From Candidatus Calescibacterium sp. (GTDB taxonomy: Bacteria; Calescibacteriota; Calescibacteriia; Calescibacteriales; Calescibacteriaceae), in the NCBI GenBank assembly GCA_032249135.1, contig JAVVGL010000007.1, positions 17,407 to 81,406 on the forward strand: DNA of 64,000 nt, in the 5' to 3' direction. Below are positions 1 through 10,800 of this stretch, piece after piece. The translations under genes and the position numbers were made by a program. How positions within the stretch are numbered: the stretch's first letter is position 1; every line of letters begins with the position of its first letter. The notes beneath the pieces were generated by a model that saw only the letters and a list, made by a program, of their open reading frames with translations, ran no database searches and was not told the DNA's origin.

Positions 1-152
1 TCCATTTACTGCATTTTTACTTCACATACCAGCTGGGCAATGGAAAAGTTTGTTAGATACAATATGTGGAATAAAAGTAGAAAAAATAAATTGAAATTTC
101 ATCAAAAAGTAAAGTGTTAGTATAAGAGGAAGCAAAAAATAAGGAAAGAAAA

Positions 153-175
153 TCCCCCCGCAAGAAACGGGGGGA
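153..175 (-). terminator. Intrinsic terminator downstream of khpA (possibly bidirectional)
   Basis: Perfect 8-bp GC stem TCCCCCCG-caagaaa-CGGGGGGA. It is followed by a U-rich tract on the minus strand and has a T-run nearby on the plus strand. Confidence 0.8.
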
Positions 176-183
176 GAATTTTT

Positions 184-444
184 TTAGGCATCAGGGACCT
201 CAAGAATTATTCTTTTGTTGAACTTAGCACTTGCAGCAGAAACAAGTGCTCTCATTGCCTTTACTATCCTTCCTCCTTTACCTATTATTTTCCCTATTTC
301 TTCTTTATTTACCCTAAGTTCAATTATTGCTGTTCTTTCTCCTTCAACAAGGTTTACTCTAACCTCATCCTCTTTATCTACTATTGTTTTTGCTATTTTT
401 TCTATCATTTCTTTTACGACCTGCGTAGAATTAACATCAGCCAT
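184..444 (-). CDS. khpA: KH-domain RNA-binding protein KhpA (YlqC/UPF0109)
   Basis: IVDKEDEVRV...EIGKIIGKGGRIVKAMR, with a KH GxxG loop. Start moved to ATG 444, which follows SD AGGGAGGTG. Confidence 0.9.
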   Translation of the reverse strand: MADVNSTQVVKEMIEKIAKTIVDKEDEVRVNLVEGERTAIIELRVNKEEIGKIIGKGGRIVKAMRALVSAASAKFNKRIILEVPDA

Positions 445-618
445 AGCAGAGCACCTCCCTTTTTTCACAAAATTATAAGTTCAATAGGCTTTTTTATTTT
501 AAAAAAATTAATAATAAAAGTTCCTATTTTCTGAAATTTTTACTTAATAAAAATCTCCAAATCTCTTGGAAATTTCAGAAAAATAATCAAGGAGATAAAG
601 TATTGATAAAACAAAAAT

Positions 619-1434
619 ATGGAAATCCTATTACCTATATTTATTTACATTATCATATTTCATCATGAAGGAGCAACAATAGAGCACGGGGCAAAAAAAG
701 CAGTTGGAATTTCTCCTTTATTCTCGCAAACAAAAATTTTAGAAAACATAGGGGAAAAATGGTCTATTTTCACAACTTTGTTTGGTGAATACTCTTTTTT
801 TGAAGATAAACTTTCTTTAAGGCTGGACATACCTTTTGCTTTCGTAAAGCGGAAACTTCTCTTTTCTGATATTGCTACCACATTGAAATTTACTTTGAGA
901 GATTTGAAAGATTTTGAGCCTACCTTTCTTTTCATTTCGGAATTCCCAACAGGTCAAGATTACGCAACATCTGGACATTTCGCTGTTATACCAGGATTTG
1001 CTTTTGAGTACCATATTCATAAGCCATATCATATTCATATTCACGGGTTTTTAGGTCCGCGATTTGCATTAGGTAGGGAAAGTCATACCGATGATTCCGG
1101 GAAAGAAAACCATGATCATATGCATACTCTATCTTCTTCTGATTTGCATAGTTACGGAGCTCATAAGATAAATTACGCTTTTCCGCATTCCGAAAATGAA
1201 ATTATGGGACATATAGGGGTAATGGTTTTATTCTCTGAAATTGGTTTTGATTTGAGACCTTCATTTTTTTTTGAGGATTTTAAAACTTTTGTCTTGCAGC
1301 CACAGGTTGGTTTGATATATATTTTAGAACTTGAAGATGGGAAATCATTTAACTTTAACTTATTCGGCTTTTGGGCACTTCAAGGAATAAGAGAGGGAAA
1401 AGGCATAGGTTTATTTTCTTATCTGAAATTCTGA
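619..1434 (+). CDS. Putative outer-membrane beta-barrel protein with His-rich segments
   Basis: Hydrophobic N-terminus, amphipathic beta-strand pattern, C-terminal Phe (FSYLKF) and a His-rich loop (HTDDSGKENHDHMH). Confidence 0.5.
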   Translation: MEILLPIFIYIIIFHHEGATIEHGAKKAVGISPLFSQTKILENIGEKWSIFTTLFGEYSFFEDKLSLRLDIPFAFVKRKLLFSDIATTLKFTLRDLKDFEPTFLFISEFPTGQDYATSGHFAVIPGFAFEYHIHKPYHIHIHGFLGPRFALGRESHTDDSGKENHDHMHTLSSSDLHSYGAHKINYAFPHSENEIMGHIGVMVLFSEIGFDLRPSFFFEDFKTFVLQPQVGLIYILELEDGKSFNFNLFGFWALQGIREGKGIGLFSYLKF

Positions 1435-1477
1435 TTTTTCTACCGTTCAGAAATTCTGTGTAGATTTTTTTTTACTT

Positions 1478-2170
1478 TTATTTCTTGCTTATTTGCTTTT
1501 CTTTTTTGGTTACTAGCGATATTATCTTTTGTAATGTCTTTTTGTCTACTTTTGAGAAATTGAATCCTGCCTTATATTTTCCGTCCGCGCCCAGGGAGTA
1601 ATGTTTGAGAATTGCTCTACCGTCTAATTCTGTTTTTTTATCTTTAATTCTTATTGTGAATCCTACCTCTTCATTTAGCATCGGAAGGAAATACTCAATC
1701 ATTCTATCTTTTACGCTCATATAAACTGAAAATCCTCCTAAACTTATATCTAAAAGAGAGCAAAACAGAGCATATCCACTATCTCTTTTTATTATTACTT
1801 CACTACTTTTATTCACCCTAATTCTCATATACCTTCTTCTTTCACATATTTTCAAGCTATCAGGACTTTCAAGTATTAAGAGTGGAGGGTTTGAACCTTC
1901 TATTTCATCTTTTACACTGGTTTCAAACATAATTATCCCTCTTTCAGATGTGAACCTGAATTCATATTTTTTCCCTTTCTCAAATCTTTCTGTTGTACGT
2001 AATATGATGTCTCCGTTACGAGTTCCAACTATATATCCCGTTCTATTTTCGCCCTTCCTTTTTACCTCAACTTCCACTATATTAGTTAAAATTCCTTCTA
2101 ATACTCTTTTTGATCTTTCTCCTTTAATTTCAACCTCAAACATTCTCGGAGATATGTCAAAAAGACTCAT
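1478..2170 (-). CDS. PilZ-domain c-di-GMP receptor, YcgR/flagellar-brake-like
   Basis: RxxxR (ERRRYMR) and DxSxxG (DISLGG) motifs after a PilZN-like N-terminal domain. Confidence 0.85.
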   Translation of the reverse strand: MSLFDISPRMFEVEIKGERSKRVLEGILTNIVEVEVKRKGENRTGYIVGTRNGDIILRTTERFEKGKKYEFRFTSERGIIMFETSVKDEIEGSNPPLLILESPDSLKICERRRYMRIRVNKSSEVIIKRDSGYALFCSLLDISLGGFSVYMSVKDRMIEYFLPMLNEEVGFTIRIKDKKTELDGRAILKHYSLGADGKYKAGFNFSKVDKKTLQKIISLVTKKEKQISKK

Positions 2171-2336
2171 AAGAAATATTTTAAATTCTTTTTTTTAGTT
2201 TTTCTTGAATCCCTCTTTTGCCAAACTTTTCCCTTTTTACGGTTTTGGTTATAATGAAATCTTTTTCTATCTGACAAATTACTTTTTTGTTTTAGAAATT
2301 TTCTATCCGTAATAAAGACTTAATAAAATATGATTT

Positions 2337-2549
2337 ATGGAAAAGGGACAAAAGAAAGCGGAAAAATTAATATCTGACGAACTTTTAGAGATATTGGCTT
2401 GTCCCAAATGCAAAGGGGATCTTGTTCTTGACGAAATAAACTCAGGTCTTATTTGTGAATCTTGCAAACTCTTTTATAAAATAGAAGATGGAATACCGAT
2501 AATGCTTATAGATGAAGCCGTTCCACTTGATAAGATAAAAAGAAGCTAA
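2337..2549 (+). CDS. Trm112-like protein (YcaR/UPF0434)
   Basis: LLEILACPKCKGDL...CESCKLFYKIEDGIPIMLIDEA. Confidence 0.9.
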   Translation: MEKGQKKAEKLISDELLEILACPKCKGDLVLDEINSGLICESCKLFYKIEDGIPIMLIDEAVPLDKIKRS

Positions 2550-2555
2550 ATTAAT

Positions 2556-3179
2556 TTATGTTTCTACCTCAAAAAGAATGAGTTTATCGCTACTTTGTTT
2601 GAAAAGAATTTTAATTTTCCCGTCAAAATCATTAAAGATGAAAATAGGAAATTTCTTTCCACCTTTTTTCTTCTCACTCTCTTTCATAAAAACTATAGCG
2701 TCATCTAATGTTATAGGTTTTTCTATTCTAACTTGTACTCTCTCTATTTTGGTTTCCAACTCCTCCTCTGACGATATTTCTTCTGACATTTTTTCCTCAA
2801 ATTCCTCTATTTCCTGTGGTATATCTCTTTTCGTTTTCATCTCCTCTCTCATTTGCTTTTCAAATTCTGTTTTGAGTTTCTCAATTTGTCTTTCAACCTC
2901 ATAAGCAAGTTTATCTATTATTACTCTTGGATCCTCTCCCGATTCGCTCGTGTATATTACAGGAAAGTTTCTTTTTGAGACAGTTATTATTATTTCTCCT
3001 ACTTTTTCCTTCCCTTCCTTCTTGTATATAAAGTAGGCTTTTGAGTTCTCTTTCATGCCATCGGGTATTTTTGAAATGACTTTCGAAAACTTTTCAATAA
3101 AGTACTGCTTTATATAATCTGTTATATCTATATCTTTGCTGAGAATTTCTAATTTCATCCCGTTTATTTGTTCCTCCAT
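2556..3179 (-). CDS. hpf: Ribosome hibernation factor HPF/RaiA family (long, divergent)
   Basis: MKLEILSKDIDITDYIKQY...IIDKLAYEVERQIEKLK N-domain and C-terminal KPITLDDAI motif. SD GGGGAGGA. Confidence 0.75.
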   Translation of the reverse strand: MEEQINGMKLEILSKDIDITDYIKQYFIEKFSKVISKIPDGMKENSKAYFIYKKEGKEKVGEIIITVSKRNFPVIYTSESGEDPRVIIDKLAYEVERQIEKLKTEFEKQMREEMKTKRDIPQEIEEFEEKMSEEISSEEELETKIERVQVRIEKPITLDDAIVFMKESEKKKGGKKFPIFIFNDFDGKIKILFKQSSDKLILFEVET

Positions 3180-3246
3180 GTTTTTTTCCTCCCCACAAGA
3201 TTTCGGGTTTATACATTAAATTAATTTTATTGATTGCTTTCTTGTA

Positions 3247-5739
3247 TTATGGTTTCATCAGAAATTTTTTAATTACCTTTTGCAAAGTCTCCTGTATGCT
3301 TTCACTTATGCTCCTATTGTCTTTTAGCTTTCTTCCCACAAAAAATGGCAAAACAATTTTTTCATTATAGCCTTTTTTATTTATTTCTCCTTTAAATCCT
3401 CTTAACTTACCGCATATTATTTCACCACCCCACAATATTTTACCTACTACTATCCTTTCGGTCACTTGAGCAGTAGAAAACATTAAAAGAACCTTTGTAT
3501 TTTTCAGTAATATATCAGAACTTGGTAAAATTATCAGAATATCTTCTTCTTCCGGCATTTGAGGTAAATTATCTTTCTCTGACAGAACAAAGATTTCTTT
3601 TCCATATTCTTGCCTTAATTTATCTGAAAAATTTTTTATTTCTTTTTTTATTTCTTCTTCTACGAAAATTACATACTTTGTGCGTGGCAAAAGAGAGTCC
3701 CTTATATTTTTCATAACGATGTTTAAATCTTGTATGTTATTTGAACTGAAATCAACTATAAAGTAGATTTTAGGCTTTTCTGCGGGAAACTGAAGCTCCT
3801 CAAAGATTATATCTACAAACTCGCTTATTTTTCCTTTATCTGATGTGAAAGTTGTATCTAGTGCAAATGCCAGTTTTAGATATTCCTTTAATATTGGTAT
3901 TTCCTCTTTTTTAAACTCTTCTTGATTCAACAGAGCAAGCGAAAGGAGAATATCAGCTATTTCAGGATTGATATTATCATGATAAGCTTTTTTTATTATT
4001 TTGCAAGCTTCGTTTATCTTACAAAGTTTTATTAGGGTTTTTGAAAGCTCAACGAGATATCTAAAATTTGCTTCTTTTTCCACTAAATTACTTAAAATCT
4101 CTTGCGAAATTTTCATATTTCTTTCAGCAGGTGGAATATTCCTCAGTAGAACAGCTTTTGCAAAATTTAGAAAGTTTTCTATCTTTTTTTTCTCTATATC
4201 TCCATAGAAAAATTCATTTTTCAACTCTGGAAATATTAAAGGAGGAGGGATAAGTTGAGGAAAAGCAGGAAGGATGAAAATGTTATTTTTTATTTTCTGA
4301 AATTCCTCATCAGATAAATTCAGAAGTCTTTGGTAAGATAATTCAAGCAAAACATAAGCCTCTTCATATTTTCCTTGCAATATCTTTACAAAACCTAAAT
4401 TCAGAGGTGTCTGAAAATCATCCGGGTTCCTCACATTATAAGAAATCTTTTCTTCCACTATCTTCTTTTCATCTTCGTTTAGAAACAAAATAGAATATGG
4501 AAGGAAAAAAGATTTTAATGAATAGATTAAATTTTGGGTTTCAAGGAAATTTTTATCTTGAGTTTCTTTTTTCTGTCGGATGATATTATCTTCTCCTTCT
4601 ATTATATTATTATCTTCTTTGAGCAGAATTTTTATTAATTTTGTTGACATAAAACTTTCAGCATTTTTTGGAATTGGGAAAATTCGTGAAAGTGGGAAAA
4701 TTGAGAATACATTATAGATTTTTTCTTCTTTCTCCTTTTCTTTTTTCCCTTTTGTTTTTAGTTTTTCTAATCTTTCATTTTTTTTCTTTTCAATTTCATC
4801 AATATTTTCCTGAATCTTTCTTATAAGTTCAAGAAGTCTTACATGTGGGAGCATCTTTTTTCGCAGATCAGAAATTCTTTCAAGTCTTTCATCAAAATCC
4901 GAATTTTCAATATATTCAATTGTTTTTGAAATAACATCTTCTAATTTGTCAAAATCGTCATAAACAAAAAAATCCTCATTTTCCTTATAAATTTCTTTAA
5001 AATGATCAGAGTTTGTAATAAGTGATGCTCCAAAAAGGGGTGCTTCTGGTCTTTGAATCTCTTTTCTTCTATGGTATGCAAGACAAATTTTTACATCAGA
5101 TAAGATATTCTCATATTCTTCTTTTTTAAGATAAGATGGATTTATTTTTATTTTAAGCTTTCTTTTATGAGCAATTTCAATTACTTTCATAATAAGCTTA
5201 CCCTTTTCTGGAAAAAGAAGAGTGTCCATATTTCCTGAATAGAAAATATCTATTTTTCTTTCTTTCGGCTTTTTTAGTTTTGAGATGGCGGTTATTGGTT
5301 CATAACCGAACCATATCGGGAATTTTATAGTATGCCTTGAAAAATTTCTGATAACTCTTTCGGTTTCTTCTGAAAAACATACAACGGAGTCAGCTAATTT
5401 CATAAGTTCTTTTGACCTTACTATTTCATAATCAAAATCGCATGTGATAAAAACGATCGGGAAAGGACACTTGTGAATTTCCAAAGGTAAAAAAACATAT
5501 TCAGGACCTTGTATCAAAAACAAATCTGGCATCCAATTACTTGGAAGTTTATTGATAACATCAAAAATGCTATCACCTGGATTGAAAATTACATCTCCGA
5601 GTTGAGGTAAGAAGTTCAGAGTTAATATTTCAAAACCGTTCTCTCTGAAAAAATTTTTTTTGCTTTTTGCTATGTATCCTAAATGTAGGTTGCTTATTGG
5701 GCTCTCGCCTAAATTTATACCTAAAAGAAGAATTTTCAT
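3247..5739 (-). CDS. Large glycosyltransferase-like protein (CgeB/GT-B-like N-terminus, helical/TPR middle)
   Basis: PDLFLI...P.VF.T.D, RKIDIFYSG and EYENILSDVKI...R..EA..G patterns, followed by TPR-like helices (NLGFVKILQGKYEEAYVLLE). Confidence 0.55.
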   Translation of the reverse strand: MKILLLGINLGESPISNLHLGYIAKSKKNFFRENGFEILTLNFLPQLGDVIFNPGDSIFDVINKLPSNWMPDLFLIQGPEYVFLPLEIHKCPFPIVFITCDFDYEIVRSKELMKLADSVVCFSEETERVIRNFSRHTIKFPIWFGYEPITAISKLKKPKERKIDIFYSGNMDTLLFPEKGKLIMKVIEIAHKRKLKIKINPSYLKKEEYENILSDVKICLAYHRRKEIQRPEAPLFGASLITNSDHFKEIYKENEDFFVYDDFDKLEDVISKTIEYIENSDFDERLERISDLRKKMLPHVRLLELIRKIQENIDEIEKKKNERLEKLKTKGKKEKEKEEKIYNVFSIFPLSRIFPIPKNAESFMSTKLIKILLKEDNNIIEGEDNIIRQKKETQDKNFLETQNLIYSLKSFFLPYSILFLNEDEKKIVEEKISYNVRNPDDFQTPLNLGFVKILQGKYEEAYVLLELSYQRLLNLSDEEFQKIKNNIFILPAFPQLIPPPLIFPELKNEFFYGDIEKKKIENFLNFAKAVLLRNIPPAERNMKISQEILSNLVEKEANFRYLVELSKTLIKLCKINEACKIIKKAYHDNINPEIADILLSLALLNQEEFKKEEIPILKEYLKLAFALDTTFTSDKGKISEFVDIIFEELQFPAEKPKIYFIVDFSSNNIQDLNIVMKNIRDSLLPRTKYVIFVEEEIKKEIKNFSDKLRQEYGKEIFVLSEKDNLPQMPEEEDILIILPSSDILLKNTKVLLMFSTAQVTERIVVGKILWGGEIICGKLRGFKGEINKKGYNEKIVLPFFVGRKLKDNRSISESIQETLQKVIKKFLMKP

Positions 5740-5812
5740 ATTGAGGGAATAAGTGAAAATATAAAAAATAAATGAAAATATAAAAAAATTGAGGAGATTA
5801 AGAACTTTGCTT

Positions 5813-6052
5813 TTATTTTGAAGATTTCTCTCTTATGTAGTTTATAGCATCTTTTACTGTTCTTATTTTATCTAGATCTTCATCTGGGATTGATATGCCG
5901 AATTCCTCTTCAAGCTTCATTATCATATCAACAAGATCAAGCGAATCAAGACCGAGATCCTCAATAAAAGAGGCATCATCTCTTATATCTGAGACACTTT
6001 TTCCTGCTTTCTCTGCAATTACACTTTTTATCTTCATTTCAAGCTCATCCAT
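5813..6052 (-). CDS. acpP: Acyl carrier protein
   Basis: FIEDLGLDSLDLVDMIMKLEEEFGISIPDE phosphopantetheine motif. SD AGGGGGTG. Confidence 0.95.
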   Translation of the reverse strand: MDELEMKIKSVIAEKAGKSVSDIRDDASFIEDLGLDSLDLVDMIMKLEEEFGISIPDEDLDKIRTVKDAINYIREKSSK

Positions 6053-6184
6053 CTTTTCTCACCCCCTGCTAACAAGAAAATATAATTAACAATTAAGAAC
6101 AGAAAAAGGATAGTTCGCTTAAAAACAAAATAAAAGCTATTTTAAAGTTTAGAAAAAAAACAGAAATTTTCTATTTTAAAATTT

Positions 6185-7213
6185 ATGGTATTCTTGACAG
6201 GAGCAACGGGGTTTATCGGGAGTTGGACTCTAAAAGAGCTATTGGAAAAAGGATACAAAGTAAGAATATCTTTAAGACCAAATTCAAATACAGAAAACAT
6301 AAAAAGTTTGCTTGATAAAGTAGATGTCTATACTGGGGATCTCAGAGATGAAAATTTTGTCAGAGAATGTTTAAAGGGTTGTGAGTATATTATTCATACA
6401 GCGGGAAAGGTAGATACATCTTTGAGGAAAGAGAAATTGGAAGAAATAATGGCTTCAAACTTTATTTCAACTCAAAACATTTTCAAACAGGCTATAAGAG
6501 CAGGAGTAAAAAAAGTCGTATTTTTAGGCTCAATTTTTGGTTTGGGAAAAGCCACGGGGAAAGAGTTAGCAGATGAAAAGGTTGAATTTAATTTAGAGCA
6601 TCTTGAAAAGAAAATTCCATATGTTAGAGCAAAAAGATTGTCTGAAATAATAGCAGATGAATACATAAGAGCAGGACTAAAATGTGTGAGGGTTTATCCT
6701 AACTTTTGTTTGGGTTATGGAGACATTTATTTATCTTCATCAAAAGCAATTTTGCCTTTTGTTATGGGAATGAAATTTTACTTTGATATGGGGATAAATG
6801 TTCAGTGGGTAGGGGACGCCGCAAAAGCACTTTTACTTGCACTTGAAAAAGGAAAAGAAGGAGAAAAATATATAGTTGGAGGAGAAAACATCCACTATGA
6901 AAAAATAGCAGAGATTGTTTGCGAAAAACTCGGAAAAGCTCCACCAAAAACCAAAATAAACCCAAAAATATTCAAGGTTTTTCTTTTTTTACCTCAAAGA
7001 ATTTTAGATGTAATTGAAAGAAAGCTTTTTGAAAAAACAAAGTTAGATTTGGGGGCTTTGCTTATAGCATCGGAAAAATATTGGTATTACTCAGATAAAA
7101 AAGCTCGGGATGAGTTAGGATATACATCTCGTCCGGCAGAAGAAACTTTACATGAAGCTGTTGATTGGCTTTCGTCGAAATTGAGAGAAAGCAGAAGGAA
7201 AATGAAATTCTGA
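6185..7213 (+). CDS. NAD-dependent epimerase/dehydratase (extended SDR, dihydroflavonol reductase/HpnA-like)
   Basis: TGATGFIG Rossmann motif and YxxxK (YVRAK). Confidence 0.85.
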   Translation: MVFLTGATGFIGSWTLKELLEKGYKVRISLRPNSNTENIKSLLDKVDVYTGDLRDENFVRECLKGCEYIIHTAGKVDTSLRKEKLEEIMASNFISTQNIFKQAIRAGVKKVVFLGSIFGLGKATGKELADEKVEFNLEHLEKKIPYVRAKRLSEIIADEYIRAGLKCVRVYPNFCLGYGDIYLSSSKAILPFVMGMKFYFDMGINVQWVGDAAKALLLALEKGKEGEKYIVGGENIHYEKIAEIVCEKLGKAPPKTKINPKIFKVFLFLPQRILDVIERKLFEKTKLDLGALLIASEKYWYYSDKKARDELGYTSRPAEETLHEAVDWLSSKLRESRRKMKF

Positions 7214-7260
7214 AAAATTGAAAATATCAAAGCCAGAGTAATAATTTTTTTATATAATGT

Positions 7261-7334
7261 GGTGGACGTAGCTCAACTGGAAGAGCACGGGACTGTGGCT
7301 CCCGGGGTTGCGGGTTCGAGCCCCGTCGTCCACC
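7261..7334 (+). tRNA. tRNA-His (GTG), encoded G-1, CCA not encoded
   Basis: G-GTGGACG/CGTCCAC-C acceptor stem, GCTC/GAGC D arm, CGGGA-CTGTGGC-TCCCG anticodon arm, GCGGG-TTCGAGC-CCCGT T arm. The discriminator is followed by CCC. Confidence 0.97.
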
Positions 7335-7344
7335 CCCCCTTTTT

Positions 7345-7776
7345 ATGACAGAAGAAGAAAAAATAAAACAAATTTTCTCTTTCAAAAACATAGCAGTCGT
7401 TGGAATGAGTGATAACCCAGAAAAACCCTCAAACAGAGTTCCAGCATATCTTATGAAACAAGGATACAAAATAATTCCTATAAATCCAACAAAAGATCAA
7501 ATAATGGGACTCAAATCTTACAAAAGCCTTCTTGATGTTGAGGATGAAATAGATGTTGTTAATGTTTTCAGAAGACCCGAATATGCAATAGAAGTAGTAA
7601 AGGAAGCAATAGAAAGAAAGAAAAAAAGAGGAGATATAAAGGCTATATGGCTCCAAGAAGGAATAGTAAATGACGAAGCAAAAAAACTTGCAGAAGAAAA
7701 CGGATTACTTTTCATTCAAGACAAATGTATGTTCAAAGAACACCTGAGACTCAAAGGAGAGGAAACTAAATCATAA
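7345..7776 (+). CDS. CoA-binding protein (YccU-like)
   Basis: IAVVGMSDNPEKPSNRV...YKIIPINP...IDVVNVFRR...IWLQEGI. Confidence 0.9.
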   Translation: MTEEEKIKQIFSFKNIAVVGMSDNPEKPSNRVPAYLMKQGYKIIPINPTKDQIMGLKSYKSLLDVEDEIDVVNVFRRPEYAIEVVKEAIERKKKRGDIKAIWLQEGIVNDEAKKLAEENGLLFIQDKCMFKEHLRLKGEETKS

Positions 7777-7878
7777 ACCAAACGAACAGAGTAAATTAAA
7801 AATAAACGGTGTAAATTAAACTACAAAATTACGATAAAGAAATAATATTACTACTAATATACCGATGCGTTATATATT

Positions 7879-10800
7879 ATGGTTTTAATAAAAATAAAAA
7901 AAACTAATTTAGCAACAATTCCACTTCATATTTTCCTTTTTTTCATCCCTTTTATTTCTTCAATAATATCTGGTTGTGCTCAGAGAACAGGAAGACCACC
8001 TCTTGAATTCAAAATAATAGAGTTCTTCCCACCAGCAGGTTTCCAGATGCCCCTTACATCTGTTCCTCTCAAAATATCAATAGCTTTTTCAAAACCCGTA
8101 GACCAATTAACTATAAACGATACAACTATCAAAGTCTTCAAAGACGGAAATGAAATAAAAAAAGAAATAAAAATAACTGATAGACAAAAAATTGAACTCT
8201 TCCCAGAAGTATCTGCACAAGGTAAATACAAAGTTTTTGTTTCAGCAAAAGTAAAAAGTATTATCGGAGAGGAACTCGGAGAAGATTTCTCGTGGGAATT
8301 TACAATAACACCTATAACACCTGAAAGAGTAACCGAAATCCAACCCCCAGAATTTCCTCCTTTGATAAAGAAAATCTATCCTGAACATGGTGCAACAGTT
8401 CCGCAAGACACAATAGTATATGTTGTATTCTCAAAAAAAATCATAAATTTGAACACATCAAACTTTTACATACAAGATATAAACGGGAGAATAGTTGATG
8501 CAGACCTCACATATTTAGAGGGGGAGAACATAGCAATTTTGAAACCTAAAAGACTTCTTGAACCATCACAAACCTATATTGTAAATCTCAGGTCAAATAT
8601 AACAGCACAAGATGGAGAAACCTTAGGTGTAAATATAGCTTGGATATTCTTTACCTCCGGCATAGGAGTGGATACAACCCCTCCTGATGTTATATCTATA
8701 TTCCCACCCAACGGCGCAACAGGAGTTCCAATTGATACAAAAATCATAATCTTCTTCTCAGAAGATATAGATACTGGAACCATCACATCAGGAATAAAAA
8801 TATTAGAGAATAATGTAGTTGAAATTCCATTTACATTCTCATACGACCCAACAGTTTTCAAGGTAACTATAACGCCTCTTGGGGGGCTAACTCCGAACAG
8901 AAATTACATAGTAAAAGTCAAAGTAAAAGATAAAAGAGGAAATGAGATGCCGACAGAATTTATATCTTATTTCTCAACAGGAACAGGGATAGGGGTGGGT
9001 GGACCCGGAGAAGAAACCGGAGGTGGTGTAACTTCTCCCGAATCTCCCCAAGTAATAATCACTTCCCCTTCGCCAAACTCGTATGTAAAGGGTATAATGA
9101 ATGTTGAAGTTAGTTTTACGGGCTCTCCGAAAAGGATTGAGCTATGGATAAATGCTGAAAAAAAACAAACAATAACTTCTCCTCCCTCTTCTCCTATAAC
9201 ATTCACAGAAGATACTAGAACCTACACCGATGGAGAAAAAATAGTAAAAGTAATAGGATATTATTCAAATACAACAACATCTTACTCAATCAAAGTGACT
9301 TTTGATAATTCTCCACCTTCTGTTTCAATTCAAGAACCAACTGAGGGTAAAGTAATATCAGGAACATCAGCGGAAATAAGAGTCATAACTGCTGATTCAC
9401 CAGATGGGCGTTTAGAAAAAGTAGAACTATACATAGATGAAATTTTCCATTCTTCTTTAACTTCTCCTACAATCCCTCCCAACATTTTCAAGTTCTTCGT
9501 AGATACAACAGCTTACTCAGATGGGAATCACACGATAGAAATTAAGGCAAAAGACCTCGCAGGAAATGAAGGTTCGTCAGGAAAAAGAAACATAAAAATA
9601 GATAATACCCCTCCCTCTGGGTTTTTCATCTCTCCTTCAAACGACTCAGTAGTTGGAGGAGCCGTAAATGTTGAAGTAAATGCATCAGATAACATAGGAG
9701 TATCAAAAGTCATTTTCTTTGCAAACGCAGCAAATATATGTGATGCAATAACAGGTCAGTGTGAAATTACATCTTCTCCATACAGAATAAGGTGGGACTC
9801 AACATCTATTTCTTACTCGGTCGGTGTACCAATTACAGCTGCGGTTTTTGATTTAGCTGGGAATACAAAAACTTTCGGAATATCTGTAACAGTTGATAAT
9901 GTCTTGCCAGTAGTAGCTATATTAAACCCAGCACCATCATCATACCTCAAAGGTTCAGCTCCCATAGATGTTTTCAACTCAGATACTTCAGGCGTCACTC
10001 GTGTTGTGATAATTATAGATAGCACTCAGGTAGCGTCTGCTATAAATCCACCATCCACTTATACATTTATGTGGAACACTCTATCTTTTTCCGATGGAAC
10101 TCACTCAATAAAAGCTATCGCATACGATAAAGCCGGAAATTCAAATACTCACGAGATTTTTGTTGTTGTAGATAATACTCCACCGGTTGTGAGCATCACA
10201 AATCCTTTATCAGGCTCATTTACAAATGCAAATTCAATAAACATAGGGGCATCAGCATCAGACAATATTTTACTTGATAGGGTTGAATTTTATATAGACG
10301 GAGTGTTAGCGGGAACTGATTCAACTTCTCCGTTTTCTATTTTAGCCGATATTTCTTTGCTTTCGGAAGGAACTCACAGCATAACCGCAGTAGCATTTGA
10401 TGTGGCAGGAAATAATTTCACTACACCCTCACCTACGACATTCATAATAGATAGAACTCCACCAACGGTAGGATTTACAGCACCAACAACAGGCGCAGTA
10501 GTTCAAGGAACAATAACAGTAAATGTTGTAGCAGTAGATTTAAACAAAGTAAGCACAATAAGTATAACTGCCGGAACAATAAATCTACCATCATGCACAA
10601 TAAATGCAAGCTCCGGAACTTGTTCAAGAACCTGGGCTACATCGGGGGACCAAAACAATGTTATTTTGACCGGAATAGCAGGAGATTCAGCAGGGAATCA
10701 AGGGGTAACGCAAATAGTTGTTATGATTGATAACCTTTCACCCTCCGTATCTGTAACCTCACCAACAGCTGGATATGTAACTTGTCCAACAAACACGGTT

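Noticed and set aside
1-60. Possible minus-strand gene start at position 5
   Set aside because: Too little sequence inside the window to support a call.
7227-7469. ORFs antisense to the tRNAs (also 27584-27826)
   Set aside because: Typical tRNA shadow translations (GGRRGSNPQP; GGTRTRNL).
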